DNA of 64,000 nt from Myxococcota bacterium (GTDB taxonomy: Bacteria > Myxococcota_A > UBA9160 > JAFDDA01): positions 1,696,001 through 1,760,000 of the forward strand of contig OZ245817.1 in NCBI GenBank assembly GCA_965228475.1. The letters are read 5' to 3'. Under the pieces are notes generated by a model. It had not been told where the DNA came from, did not search any database, and saw nothing but the letters and a program-made list of their open reading frames with translations. Below are positions 37,760-47,621 of this stretch, in pieces (the first letter of the stretch is position 1; each line of letters starts with the position of its first letter). The translations under genes were made by a program, and so were the position numbers.

Positions 37760-38584
37760 GTGGGTCTTCGTGTCAATACCAACGTGGCGTCCCTGAACGC
37801 CCAACGGAATCTTGCCAACACCACCCAGCGTCTGGGGCGGTCGCTCGAGCGATTGTCTTCGGGCCTGCGGATCAACCGGGCGGCCGACGATGCGGCCGGC
37901 CTCGCGATCTCCGAGTCCTTTCGGGCGGAGATCCGGAGCCTCGAGCAGGCGCAGCGGAACGCGTTCGATGCGATCTCGCTGGTGCAGATCGCGGAAGGGG
38001 CGCTCGACGAGACGGGCAGCAACCTCATCCGGATCCGCGAGCTTGCCGTGCAGGCGGCCAACGGGACCCTGGGCAGCGCCGAGCGTGGTTCGCTGAATCA
38101 GGAAGTCCAGGATCTCCTGGCCGAGATCGATCGGGTCGCCGCGGTGACCAACTTCAACGGCATCCAGCCCCTGGCCGGCGCTTCCGCCGCCGTGACCTTC
38201 CAGGTGGGTGTCAATGGAACGTCGAATGACACGATCACCGTCAGCGGAACGAATGCGACGGCCGCGTCGATCGGCGTCTCGGGTGTGTCGGTGGCGACTG
38301 CATCCGGGGCCCAGGCTGCCCTGGGTGCGCTCGACAGCGCCATCGCCGCCGTGGCTTCTCTGCGGGCCACGTTCGGTACGACGCAGAATCGCCTCGAGTC
38401 GACGATCCGGTCGATCGCGGTGGCAATCGAGAACACCTCGGCTGCCGAATCGCGAATCCGGGACGTCGACGTGGCGAACGAGACCGCGAACCTCACGAGG
38501 AATCAGGTTCTCCAGCAGGCCGGCGTGTCCGTCCTGGCTCAGGCGAACGTGTCCACCTCGATCGCTCTGTCACTGCTCGGTTAG
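37760..38584 (+). CDS. fliC: Flagellin (short, 274 aa, no large variable domain)
   Basis: NTNVASLNAQRNL, RLSSGLRINRAADDAAGLAI, QNRLE, SRIRDVD, QAGVSVLAQAN. Confidence 0.97.
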   Translation: MGLRVNTNVASLNAQRNLANTTQRLGRSLERLSSGLRINRAADDAAGLAISESFRAEIRSLEQAQRNAFDAISLVQIAEGALDETGSNLIRIRELAVQAANGTLGSAERGSLNQEVQDLLAEIDRVAAVTNFNGIQPLAGASAAVTFQVGVNGTSNDTITVSGTNATAASIGVSGVSVATASGAQAALGALDSAIAAVASLRATFGTTQNRLESTIRSIAVAIENTSAAESRIRDVDVANETANLTRNQVLQQAGVSVLAQANVSTSIALSLLG

Positions 38585-38593
38585 TCGCAGTGA

Positions 38594-38664
38594 TGCGCCC
38601 GATGGCCGGGGGGGCCGTCGGGCGCACCGGGTACGCCCGGGGCGGAGCTTCGCTCCGCTCCGGG
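38594..38664 (+). other. Two tandem GC-rich hairpins after fliC, without a U-tract
   Basis: TGCGCCCGATGGCC/GGCCGTCGGGCGCA (38594-38626) and CCCGGGGCGGAG-CTTCG-CTCCGCTCCGGG. Confidence 0.6.
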
Positions 38665-38754
38665 TCACCCGCCGGGCCGGGCCGGTCGCTCGTTCGTCGC
38701 ACGGGGTGCGTGAGGCACACGCCCGCTTTGCGGACGTGTGCGAAGGAGTGAGAG

Positions 38755-40236
38755 ATGTCGGTCGGTAGCACCGGAACGACCCTGGGCGGACGCCTGACCT
38801 TCGGCGGCCTGGCCAGCGGCCTCGATACGAACGCGCTGGTCCAGACCCTGTTGGCGGTCGAAGCGCGTCCCCTGGTACGCCTCGAGAGCCAGAAGTCCGA
38901 GCTCGAGAACGACCGGAAGAAGTATCAGGAGCTGAACACCAAACTCCTCGAGCTGCGCAACCAGGCGCGCGCGCTCGACAACCGCACCCCGAGCCTGGGC
39001 CTCGCATCCTTCGAGGAAGAGCTGCTCGAGTACTCGGCGGCCTCGGCCGACGAGGCGGCCGTCACGGTCTCGGCGACCGGCGAGGCGGTGCCCGGCAGCT
39101 ACGACATCAAGGTCGGGCAGCTCGCTTCCGTGGGCCGCGAGTTCTCCACGGGCTTCGCCTCCCAGGACACGGACCTCGGCTTCGCCGACGGCAACACCCT
39201 GAGCATCGAGTTCGGCGGGGACGCGCCGATCGAGGTCGACGTCGACAGCGGGACGACGCTCCTCCAGATCCGCGACGCGATCAACACCGACTCCGAGAAC
39301 AACGGGAACGTCCAGGCGTCGGTGCTCTACGACGGTACGGACTATCACCTGATCATCGCCGGGACCGAGACCGGCGCGGCGAACGACATCACCACCACCG
39401 CCTCGGCCGGGCTCGGAGCCTTCATCGAGTCCGAAACGGTGGCCCAGGACGCATTCATCGAGGTGCTCGGCTTCACGGTCCAGCGCGAGAGCAACGAGCT
39501 CACCGACGTGCTGGACGGCGTCACGCTGAACCTGCGCGGAACGACCGGCGACGGCTTCGACGACACCGCTCCGGACTTCTCCAGCTTCTCGACGGTCGAG
39601 GTCACGATCGAGACCGACGTCACGGCGATCGGCGACAAGCTCCGCGAGTTCGCGACGGCCTTCAACGAGGTCCGTGACCTGATCAAGACCGAGAGCGCCT
39701 TCGACCTCGAGACCCGGCAGGGGAGGGCCTTCACCGGGGACTCGACGGTGCGGGTGATCGACCAGGAGATCCAGAAGACCCTGGTGGAGAGCTTCGACGT
39801 CGGAGGCTCTTTCGAGGGCCTCGCGGAAATCGGCGTCTCGTTCGATTCGAACGGCCGCCTGTCCGTGGACGATGCGAAGCTCGAGGAAGCGCTGATCGAA
39901 GACGTCTCGAGCGTCAAGCGCCTGCTCGGCGGGGATCCCGACACGCCGGAAGGCACCGATCCGACCGACGACGACGAGGGCGACGGCGTCACCGGCGTCT
40001 CGGGTGTGATGACCGAGCTCGCGAACGTGCTGAAGCCGATCACCCAGAGCGGCGACGGAACCCTCGCCATCCGCGACGACTCCTTCGAGGCACGCATCAA
40101 GACCACCGAAGAGCGGATCGACGCCTTCGAGCTCCTGTTGCAGGGCCGGGAGGAAGCGCTGATCCGCGAGTTCTCCGCGCTCGAGAGCTCGATCGCCGCC
40201 CTCCAGGCCCAGAGCGGCTTCCTGAGCGCCATCTAG
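38755..40236 (+). CDS. fliD: Filament cap FliD
   Basis: FGGLASGLDT, G.Y.I.V.QLA, AQDA, GVTLNL, FSALE. Confidence 0.93.
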   Translation: MSVGSTGTTLGGRLTFGGLASGLDTNALVQTLLAVEARPLVRLESQKSELENDRKKYQELNTKLLELRNQARALDNRTPSLGLASFEEELLEYSAASADEAAVTVSATGEAVPGSYDIKVGQLASVGREFSTGFASQDTDLGFADGNTLSIEFGGDAPIEVDVDSGTTLLQIRDAINTDSENNGNVQASVLYDGTDYHLIIAGTETGAANDITTTASAGLGAFIESETVAQDAFIEVLGFTVQRESNELTDVLDGVTLNLRGTTGDGFDDTAPDFSSFSTVEVTIETDVTAIGDKLREFATAFNEVRDLIKTESAFDLETRQGRAFTGDSTVRVIDQEIQKTLVESFDVGGSFEGLAEIGVSFDSNGRLSVDDAKLEEALIEDVSSVKRLLGGDPDTPEGTDPTDDDEGDGVTGVSGVMTELANVLKPITQSGDGTLAIRDDSFEARIKTTEERIDAFELLLQGREEALIREFSALESSIAALQAQSGFLSAI

Positions 40237-40288
40237 GAACCGAGCCCGAACGAACCAGGAACCGGACCGCACGAAAGGACGAGCCAGC

Positions 40289-40666
40289 TTGTTGGACCAG
40301 TACCGTGAGACCGAGATCCGCACCGCCAGCCCCGAGATGCTGGTGGTGAAGATGTACGAGGGTGCGATCCGTTTCGCACGTCAGGCGATCGAGATGAACG
40401 AGGCCGGCCGGCTCGTCGAGCGCGGCAACGCGCTCTCGCGCTGCATGGCGATCGTCGCCGAACTCCGCAACAGCCTGGATCACGAGCAGGGCGCCGAGAT
40501 CGCGACGAACCTCGAGCGGCTCTACAACTTCGTGACCGAGCGCCTGCTCGACGCGAACCTGCAGGGGCGCTCCGAGAGCATCGAGGAGGCGGTCCGTGTC
40601 CTCGACGTGCTGCTCGGGGGCTGGGCCGAGATCGCCAACGGGCCGAAGGCCGAAGGCCCCGCGTGA
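40289..40666 (+). CDS. fliS: Flagellin chaperone FliS
   Basis: TASPEMLVVKMYEGAI, SLD..GAEIA.NL..LY, GW. Confidence 0.93.
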   Translation: MLDQYRETEIRTASPEMLVVKMYEGAIRFARQAIEMNEAGRLVERGNALSRCMAIVAELRNSLDHEQGAEIATNLERLYNFVTERLLDANLQGRSESIEEAVRVLDVLLGGWAEIANGPKAEGPA

Positions 40667-41022
40667 GTTCCGCCCCTGAAACACCCGAAACGGGGTGCGT
40701 CGACCTCGCGCGCCGGCTGCTCGCAGCCACCCAGGCTCTCGCGGAAGCCCAGGCTTCCGGCGATGCCGCCGCCATGGAGATGGCGCTCCAGGAACGCGAG
40801 GAGGCCTTCGAGGTCCTGCGCAACCGGGTTGGCGAGCGGCCTCCGGAATCGGTCGCCCCTCTGCTGCGTGAGGTCAAAGCCCTCGATGAACGGCTCGTCG
40901 CCGAGGCGTCCGCACGTCAGGAGGCCATCCGCGCGGAGCGCGCCCAGCTCCTCGAGGCGCGCGACGCCGCCCGGCGCGTCCGGCCCGAGGCCGAGCCCCG
41001 GTTCCTCGACGTCCGGGCCTGA
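40663..41022 (+). CDS. fliT: FliT-like chaperone
   Basis: Helical 119-aa protein after fliS, ending PRFLDVRA; call rests mainly on synteny. Confidence 0.6.
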   Translation: MSSAPETPETGCVDLARRLLAATQALAEAQASGDAAAMEMALQEREEAFEVLRNRVGERPPESVAPLLREVKALDERLVAEASARQEAIRAERAQLLEARDAARRVRPEAEPRFLDVRA

Positions 41023-41155
41023 GTCCGGCCCCGACGTCACTGCGCCCGCCCGGCTCGCGGCGATTCCATTCTGGAAACAGTCCGTTTCGATCTGAAGGCC
41101 GGGCCTTCGGAGAGCGTCCTCCCTGCCTCCTGCTTGCCGTCCGGCTGCCGGGCCT

Positions 41156-41171
41156 TGGCACCGATCTTGCT
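41156..41171 (+). promoter_or_regulatory. sigma54 promoter of the pseB operon
   Basis: TGGCAC-CGATC-TTGCT. Confidence 0.85.
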
Positions 41172-41217
41172 CATTGACTGCGCATGACACCCGTTCCGGG
41201 TGGGGGGATTGCGCGCG

Positions 41218-42189
41218 ATGAGTCTTGCAGAACAGCAGATCCTGCTGACCGGTGGCACCGGCTCGTTCGGAAAGGCCTTCGCCCGGCGCCTGCTGCGTTC
41301 GGAAGAGGACGTCACGGTCCGGATCTACAGCCGGGACGAGCTGAAGCAGGTCGAGATGGCCCGCGAGTTCGGGGACGACCCGCGCCTCCGGTTCTTCATC
41401 GGCGACGTCCGCGATGCCAAGCGGCTGCGGCGTGCCATGCAGGGCGTCGACGTCGTCGTCCACGCGGCGGCCATGAAGCAGGTTCCGGTCTGCGAGTACA
41501 ACCCGGCCGAGGCCGTGCGCACGAACGTCGAGGGCGCCCAGAACGTGATCGATGCCGCGATCGACGCGGGCGTCCCGCGAACGATCGCCCTCTCGACGGA
41601 CAAGGCCGTGAATCCGGTGAACCTGTACGGCGCGACGAAGCTCTGCGCCGAGAAGCTCTTCGTCCATGGAAACATCTACGACGGAAGCCGGCAGTCGCGC
41701 TTCGCCTGCGTCCGCTACGGCAACGTCATGGGGAGCCGCGGTTCGGTGATCCCGCTCTTCCGGAAGCAGGCGGCCAGCGGGACGCTGACCCTGACCGACC
41801 GCCGCATGACGCGCTTCTGGCTTTCCCTCGAGCAGGCGGTGAGCCTCGTCCTGCTCTGCCTCGACGAGATGGAGGGCGGCGAGATCTTCATCCCGAAGAT
41901 CCCGAGCATGCGGATCACGGACCTCGCCCGTGCCGTGGCTCCGGAGGCGGACTGCAAGGAGATCGGCATCCGGGCCGGTGAGAAGCTCCACGAGATCCTG
42001 CTCACCGAGGAGGAGGCCCGTATGGCCGCGGAGTTCCCGACCCACTACGTGATCGGCCGCACCGGCCCGCCGGAGGGGGGCAAGGCCATTCCCGACGGCA
42101 CCAACTACTCGAGCGACACCAACACCCAGTGGATGACGGTGGAGTCGCTCCGGGACTACATCGCGGAGCTCGACGAGGCCGCGCCTTGA
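41218..42189 (+). CDS. pseB: UDP-GlcNAc 4,6-dehydratase (inverting) PseB
   Basis: TGGTGSFG, YSRDELKQ, HAAAMKQVP.CEYNP, STDKAVNPVNLYGATK, RYGNVMGSRGSV, GIRAGEKLHE. Confidence 0.93.
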   Translation: MSLAEQQILLTGGTGSFGKAFARRLLRSEEDVTVRIYSRDELKQVEMAREFGDDPRLRFFIGDVRDAKRLRRAMQGVDVVVHAAAMKQVPVCEYNPAEAVRTNVEGAQNVIDAAIDAGVPRTIALSTDKAVNPVNLYGATKLCAEKLFVHGNIYDGSRQSRFACVRYGNVMGSRGSVIPLFRKQAASGTLTLTDRRMTRFWLSLEQAVSLVLLCLDEMEGGEIFIPKIPSMRITDLARAVAPEADCKEIGIRAGEKLHEILLTEEEARMAAEFPTHYVIGRTGPPEGGKAIPDGTNYSSDTNTQWMTVESLRDYIAELDEAAP

Positions 42190-43376
42190 GTCAAGCGGAT
42201 CCGCTGCCCTACGCCCGCCACGCGATCACCCCCGAAGACATCCAGGCCGTGGCGGACGTCCTGGCCGGCGCCCAGGTGGCCCAGGGCCCCGAGGCCGCTG
42301 GCTTCGAACGTGGCCTCGCCGCGGCGACGGGCGCGAGCCACGCGGTCTCCGTCTCGAGCGGAACGGCGGCGCTCCACGTGGCGCTGCGGGCCCTCGGCGT
42401 CGGCCCCGGGGACGAAGTGATCGTTCCCTCGCTCACGTTCCTCGCCACGGCCAACGCCGTGCTGTTCTGCGGCGCCCGGCCCGTCTTCGCCGACGTCGAC
42501 CCCGAGACCCTGACCCTGGACCCGGCGAGCGTCGCGGCGCGAACGACCTCGCGGACCCGCGGCGCCATTCCCGTCCACTTCGCGGGCCATCCCGCGGATA
42601 CGCGGGGCATCGCCGATGCCCTCGGGCCGGGCCGGTTCCTCGTCGAGGACGCCTGCCACGCGCTCGGCGCCCGCGCGGGCGACCGGCCGGCCGGAAGCCT
42701 CGGCGACGCCGCGTGCTTCTCCTTCCACCCCGCGAAGCACATCACGACGGGGGAGGGCGGGGCGGTCACCTGTGCCGACGACGACCTGGCCCAGCGTCTG
42801 CGTTCCTTGCGCAACCACGGCGTCGAGCGGCGCCCGGAGAACTTCCGAGGGCTCGGGCTACCGGCCGAGCTCTCGGCCGAGGAGCGCGGCCCGTGGATCT
42901 ACGAGATGCACGAGCTGGCCCCGAACTACCGCCTCTCCGAGCCCGCCGCCGCCCTCGGGCGCAGTCAGCTCCGGCGCCTCGAGGAGAACCTCCGAAGCCG
43001 CCGGGAGATCGTCGGCGTCTACGCCGAGGCCTTCGCGGATGAACCCCTGCTCCGGCTGCCGACCGAGCGCGCCGGCTACACCTCGGCGTGGCACCTCTAT
43101 CCGATCCGCCTCGAGATCGGCGCCCTGCGCGGAGGCCGGGCGGCGTTCTTCGACGGCCTGCGGCGCGCGGGGCTCGGCGTGCAGGTCCACTACATCCCCG
43201 TCCACCTTCAGCCCTACTACCGGAAGCAGCTCGGGACCGCCTGGGGCGACCTCCCGGCGACGGAGGACGCCTACCTCCGCATGCTTTCGCTCCCGCTGTT
43301 CCCGAGCGCCTCGGATGCCGAGATCGATCGGGTGATCCGCGCCGTGCGAGGGCTCGCCGTGAGGCTCCGCCGGTGA
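42186..43376 (+). CDS. pseC: PLP aminotransferase PseC (DegT/DnrJ family)
   Basis: LPYARH.I, SSGTAALH, EDACHALG, SFHPAKHITTGEGG, QVHYIPVH.QPYY; TTG at 42186 overlaps the pseB stop. Confidence 0.9.
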   Translation: MSQADPLPYARHAITPEDIQAVADVLAGAQVAQGPEAAGFERGLAAATGASHAVSVSSGTAALHVALRALGVGPGDEVIVPSLTFLATANAVLFCGARPVFADVDPETLTLDPASVAARTTSRTRGAIPVHFAGHPADTRGIADALGPGRFLVEDACHALGARAGDRPAGSLGDAACFSFHPAKHITTGEGGAVTCADDDLAQRLRSLRNHGVERRPENFRGLGLPAELSAEERGPWIYEMHELAPNYRLSEPAAALGRSQLRRLEENLRSRREIVGVYAEAFADEPLLRLPTERAGYTSAWHLYPIRLEIGALRGGRAAFFDGLRRAGLGVQVHYIPVHLQPYYRKQLGTAWGDLPATEDAYLRMLSLPLFPSASDAEIDRVIRAVRGLAVRLRR

Positions 43377-45739
43377 GCGGCGGCGGCGCGGCGAATCCGC
43401 TGCGCCTCTTCACCGTCTTCCACGGCAACCTCGACTTTTCGGCCCTGCCGGACCGCGATCTCCCGATCGTGATCGAGCGCTGCTACTGGCCGCTGCTGGC
43501 CCTGGCTTCGGACGCCCGGATCCCGTTGGGTTTCGAGATGCCCGCCCGTACCCTCGAGCGGCTCGCCCACGAGGACCCCGAGTGGTTGAAGACCTTTCGT
43601 GAGTTGGCCGAGCGCGGCCTCGTCGAGCCGGTCGGCTCGGGCGACGTCCAGCTGATCGGTCCCCTGGTTCCCGCGGACGTGAATCGTGCGAACCTGCGGC
43701 GCGGCGCGGAGAGCTACGCCCGCCTGCTCGGGGCGCCGCCGACGACGTGGTTCGTCAACGAGCAGACCTTCTCGAGCGGGCTCGCGCCGCTCTACCACGA
43801 GGCGGGCGCCGAACGGCTCGTGATGGAGTGGAACAATCCCGCGAGCCGCCGCCCGGAACTCCGGCCGCTTCGGCACCGCTCGGCGAAGCTCGACGTCGGC
43901 GGCGGCCGCACGCTGCCCCTGCTCTGGAACGACTCGATCGTCTTCCAGAAGCTCCAGCGGACGGTGCACGGGCACACCCCGGTCCGGGACTACCTCGATG
44001 CCGTCGTCCGGGCGCAGTCCTCCGACGATTCGCCCCGAGCCCTGTGTGCCTACGGCGGCGACGTCGAGATCTTCGACTACCGGCCGGGCCACCCCGCTCC
44101 CGAGGGTGCCCGCGAAGGCCGGGAGATGGCCCGGCTCGCGGCGACGCTGCGGACGCTACGGGCGGTCCCCGGCGTGGCCTTCCGGCTCCCGCGCGACGTG
44201 TTCGGCACGGACGAGCTCGGGCCGACGGTCGAACTCAGCAGCGCCAGCGACCCGATCCCGTGCAAGAAGCAGCCTCGCTACAACCCGACGCGCTGGGCCG
44301 TCTCGGGCCGCGACGGCGCCGGCCAGAACACGCGCTGCTTCCTGCTGCATCGCTGGCTCGCGACGGAGCGTGCGCTCGCGGGCGGACCGACGACCGAGGC
44401 CGCCGGGGTCGCCAATGCGGAGGATCCGGAGCGCGATCTCGTCCGCTCCTGGGGCAGCGACTCCCGGACCCGCGCGACCGAAGAGCGCCTGCTCGCCTTC
44501 CACGCGCGCATGGGCATCGCGCTCGCCGGGGTCCGCGCCCGGGTCGATCGCCGGCTGCCGGAGCGCCGAGACGGCGAGGACGTCCTGCTGTGCAACGCCT
44601 CCCACGAGGCGTGGGAAGGCCTGCCCATCGAAGTCCCGCTGCACCTGGCGCCGGGACGCCTTCCTGATCTTCGCGCGGTGCCGGACGTCGCGGAGTTCCT
44701 TCCGCCGGGCCGCCAGCAGCTCGAAGTCCACGGCCGCTACCGCGACGGGAGCGTCCGCCGCGCGATCCTGCTCCTCGAGCCCGAGCTTCCCCCCGGCGCG
44801 CGCCTGCGTCTCCGGCTCGAGCCGGCGCTCCAGGGCGAGGGCGCAGCGGGGGGCGAAGCATCGTCCGTCGAGTCGCCGCCGGACCGGCTCGCGACCGGCG
44901 AGGTTTCTGCGGAGTTCCTCCTGCACCGTGGCGGCGCTCTGGCCGCGCTCGCCTTTCCGCGCCAGGGTCCCGCGGCCCTGCTCGGCAGCGTTCCCCACGG
45001 AAGCTACGACGAGATCGCCTACACGCCGGACTTCTACTCGGGGCACGTCGTTGCCGTCGGGGAAGACGGAAAGAAGAGAACGGACCTGGCCCGGGCCGGC
45101 GCCTTCGCGGTCCACCGTGGCGCGCTGCGGACCACCCTCGGCCTGCGCTTCGCGACGCCCATCGGCGAATGGACGAAGCTCTACCGCGTCTACGAGCGGC
45201 ATCCGCGTCTCGACCTCGTGCACGGCCTGGCGTTCCACGAGGCACGCCTCGCCTCGCTGCGCCTCGGGACGTTGACGGCCCGTCCGGACGGGTTCTCCCG
45301 TGCGGGGCTCGGGTACGAGACGATGAACGGGGGCGACACGGTCGAGCGCTTCGACCTCTCGCCGGGCTGCCGCGTCGATCAGCACGCGCCGGTTCCCGGC
45401 GCGACCACGGCGACCTCCTGCCTCGGCGCGACCGGCGGCTTCGTGACCCTGCGGGACGCCGAGCGCGCGGTGACCGTCGCCGGGGACCGCAGCCAGTCCG
45501 CGGTCGTCCCCCTGCTCGAGTTCAACGACGTCGACGGCGGCTACTTCCTGCGGCTGCATCACACCCTCGCCGAGAGCGACGAGACCCGCGCGACCTTCCT
45601 GCGTGGCTTCCGCCGCGTCGCCTTCGCCGTGGTCGGCCACCCGCCGCAAGGGGGCGAAGGCCGGCGCCACGCCGGGGCGCTCCAGCGGGGTCTCCTCTAT
45701 CGAACGGAGCACGGAATTGGAATCGCACGCGGCGTTTGA
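43373..45739 (+). CDS. Glycoside hydrolase family 57-like protein with long C-terminal beta-rich region
   Basis: FHGNL, CYWPLL, FVNEQ (putative nucleophile Glu), GGDVEIF (putative acid/base Asp), SDSRT; GTG at 43373 overlaps the pseC stop. Confidence 0.65.
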   Translation: MSGGGAANPLRLFTVFHGNLDFSALPDRDLPIVIERCYWPLLALASDARIPLGFEMPARTLERLAHEDPEWLKTFRELAERGLVEPVGSGDVQLIGPLVPADVNRANLRRGAESYARLLGAPPTTWFVNEQTFSSGLAPLYHEAGAERLVMEWNNPASRRPELRPLRHRSAKLDVGGGRTLPLLWNDSIVFQKLQRTVHGHTPVRDYLDAVVRAQSSDDSPRALCAYGGDVEIFDYRPGHPAPEGAREGREMARLAATLRTLRAVPGVAFRLPRDVFGTDELGPTVELSSASDPIPCKKQPRYNPTRWAVSGRDGAGQNTRCFLLHRWLATERALAGGPTTEAAGVANAEDPERDLVRSWGSDSRTRATEERLLAFHARMGIALAGVRARVDRRLPERRDGEDVLLCNASHEAWEGLPIEVPLHLAPGRLPDLRAVPDVAEFLPPGRQQLEVHGRYRDGSVRRAILLLEPELPPGARLRLRLEPALQGEGAAGGEASSVESPPDRLATGEVSAEFLLHRGGALAALAFPRQGPAALLGSVPHGSYDEIAYTPDFYSGHVVAVGEDGKKRTDLARAGAFAVHRGALRTTLGLRFATPIGEWTKLYRVYERHPRLDLVHGLAFHEARLASLRLGTLTARPDGFSRAGLGYETMNGGDTVERFDLSPGCRVDQHAPVPGATTATSCLGATGGFVTLRDAERAVTVAGDRSQSAVVPLLEFNDVDGGYFLRLHHTLAESDETRATFLRGFRRVAFAVVGHPPQGGEGRRHAGALQRGLLYRTEHGIGIARGV

Positions 45740-47621
45740 ACGCAACCTGGCGCGGATTCGTCGGCGCAACGCGCCTTCGGCCCGGCTCGTCGAGACCAGT
45801 ACCGACCCGACGATCCGCGTGGTCGAAGGGCCGAAGGGCGCCTCGACGATCTCCGTCGGCGGCAAGCTCCTGGGCTCCGCCTACGATCCGAAGGCCGAGG
45901 GCGAGCGCCTGGCCGGGAGCTGGCTGAAGGAGAAGACCGACGTGCTCGTGGCGGTCGGCTTCGGTCTCGGGCACCAGCTCGAAGCGTTCCGCGAGCGGAA
46001 CCCGTGCCCCATCCTGATCTACGAGCCGTCTCCGGCACGCCTGCGCGCCGCCCTCGAGACGCGCTCCTTCCCGCTCCTCGAAGAGGACGACGTGTGGCTC
46101 ACGACGGAGCTCACGCCCCTCGGCGGATTGCTCGCTCGCTACTACGTCCCCGGCCTGTCCATCCGGGTCGCCCCGCACCCGGCGCTGCTCGACCTCGACC
46201 CGGCGGCCGTGCAGGATGCCGTCGCCCAGGTCCGGCAGACGAAGAACGCCCTCGACATCACCGCGGCCACGCGCGTCGAGAAATCGGCGGCGTGGGCGGG
46301 GTTGACGGTCGAGAACCTTCCGGAGTGGCTGCCGTCTCCGAGCGCCTTCGCGCTGAAGAACGCCTTCGAGGGCATGCCCGCCGTGGTATGCGCGGCCGGC
46401 CCCTCCCTCGATGCGCAGCTGCCCCGACTCCGCGAGTACCAGGACCGGGTGTTGATCGTGGCGATCGGCCAGGTCGTCGGGTCGCTGCGCGCGGCGGGGA
46501 TCCGTCCCCACCTCGTCCACATCGTCGAGTCCCAGGACGTCCGCCACCATCTCGTCGACGCCGATGGGCAGGGCAGCGAGGATCTCGACCTCTTCGTCCT
46601 CGCGAACGTCTTCCCGGGGCTCTTCGAGCCGCCCGTCCGAACGCGCTACCACGTGCCGATCCAGGCCGACAGCGTGGCGACCTGGCTGCGCGGCTTCGCC
46701 GGCGACGCCCGCGGGATGCACAGCGGCGGAACGGTGGCACAGACCGCGGTGTTCCTGGCGCGCGTCCTCGGTGCCGACCCGGTGCTCCTGATCGGCCAGG
46801 ATCTCGCCTACACGAATCAACGCGCCTATGCGAAGGGCAGCAGCTACGACGGCGTCGGCTTCCAGGAAGACGGCGAGGGTCACTACCGCCTGACGCGGAT
46901 CGACCGCAAGATGCGCCACTTCCGCAAGGTGAAGGGGCCGGCGCGGACGCAGCCGCGGGAACTGGTCTGGGTGCCGGGCTGGGGCGGCGAGCGCGTCGCG
47001 ACCTCGCCCGCCTACGCCTCCTTCCGGGAGACCTACCGCGACATCGCGGCCTCGGTCGAGCGCGATGGCGGACGCCTGATCAACTGCACGGAGGGGGGTG
47101 CCCTGATCCCCGGCGTCGATCACGAGCCCTTCGCCGCGATGCTCGAGCGCCACGCGGCGCCGGGGCCCGTCGCGATCTCGGAGCGGATCGCCAAGGTGCA
47201 CGCCGAGCATGCTCCCCTCGAACGCGAACCGTTCGAGCAGGGTCTCGCACGCCTCGACCGGGCCCTCGACGCGCTCGAGCGCGATGCCCGGGATGGACTC
47301 GAGGGTGCGGAGAAGGCGCTCCGGGCGCTCTCGCGCCGGACGAGCCAGCAGCGCCAGATCGATCTGCTGCGCGGCATCGGGCGCTGCGAACGGCGCGTCC
47401 AGAAGGGGCTCGCCGGGGTGCCGTGGCTCGACCCGCTGATCCAGGCGGCTCTGCACGAGGCCATTGCGGAGTCCCGCCGCCGCGGCGGTGCGACACCGAC
47501 CGCGGAGCACGCCGCCGAAGAATCGAAGACGCTCTTCGAGACCACGATCGAAGGGATCGAGCGCGCGCGGGAGATGCGCTCGCGGATCGAGGAACGTCTC
47601 GAGACCTGTCTGCCGTCCTAG
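45717..47621 (+). CDS. maf: Maf-family (DUF115) putative flagellin glycosyltransferase
   Basis: GFGLGH, AVVCAAGPSLD, GGTVA, LIGQDLAY, INCTEGGA; TTG start after GGAG. Confidence 0.85.
   Translation: MESHAAFERNLARIRRRNAPSARLVETSTDPTIRVVEGPKGASTISVGGKLLGSAYDPKAEGERLAGSWLKEKTDVLVAVGFGLGHQLEAFRERNPCPILIYEPSPARLRAALETRSFPLLEEDDVWLTTELTPLGGLLARYYVPGLSIRVAPHPALLDLDPAAVQDAVAQVRQTKNALDITAATRVEKSAAWAGLTVENLPEWLPSPSAFALKNAFEGMPAVVCAAGPSLDAQLPRLREYQDRVLIVAIGQVVGSLRAAGIRPHLVHIVESQDVRHHLVDADGQGSEDLDLFVLANVFPGLFEPPVRTRYHVPIQADSVATWLRGFAGDARGMHSGGTVAQTAVFLARVLGADPVLLIGQDLAYTNQRAYAKGSSYDGVGFQEDGEGHYRLTRIDRKMRHFRKVKGPARTQPRELVWVPGWGGERVATSPAYASFRETYRDIAASVERDGGRLINCTEGGALIPGVDHEPFAAMLERHAAPGPVAISERIAKVHAEHAPLEREPFEQGLARLDRALDALERDARDGLEGAEKALRALSRRTSQQRQIDLLRGIGRCERRVQKGLAGVPWLDPLIQAALHEAIAESRRRGGATPTAEHAAEESKTLFETTIEGIERAREMRSRIEERLETCLPS

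Noticed and set aside
38713..38731. AGGCAC...TTTGC as sigma54 promoter for fliD
   Set aside because: GG-to-GC spacing is not the required 10 nt
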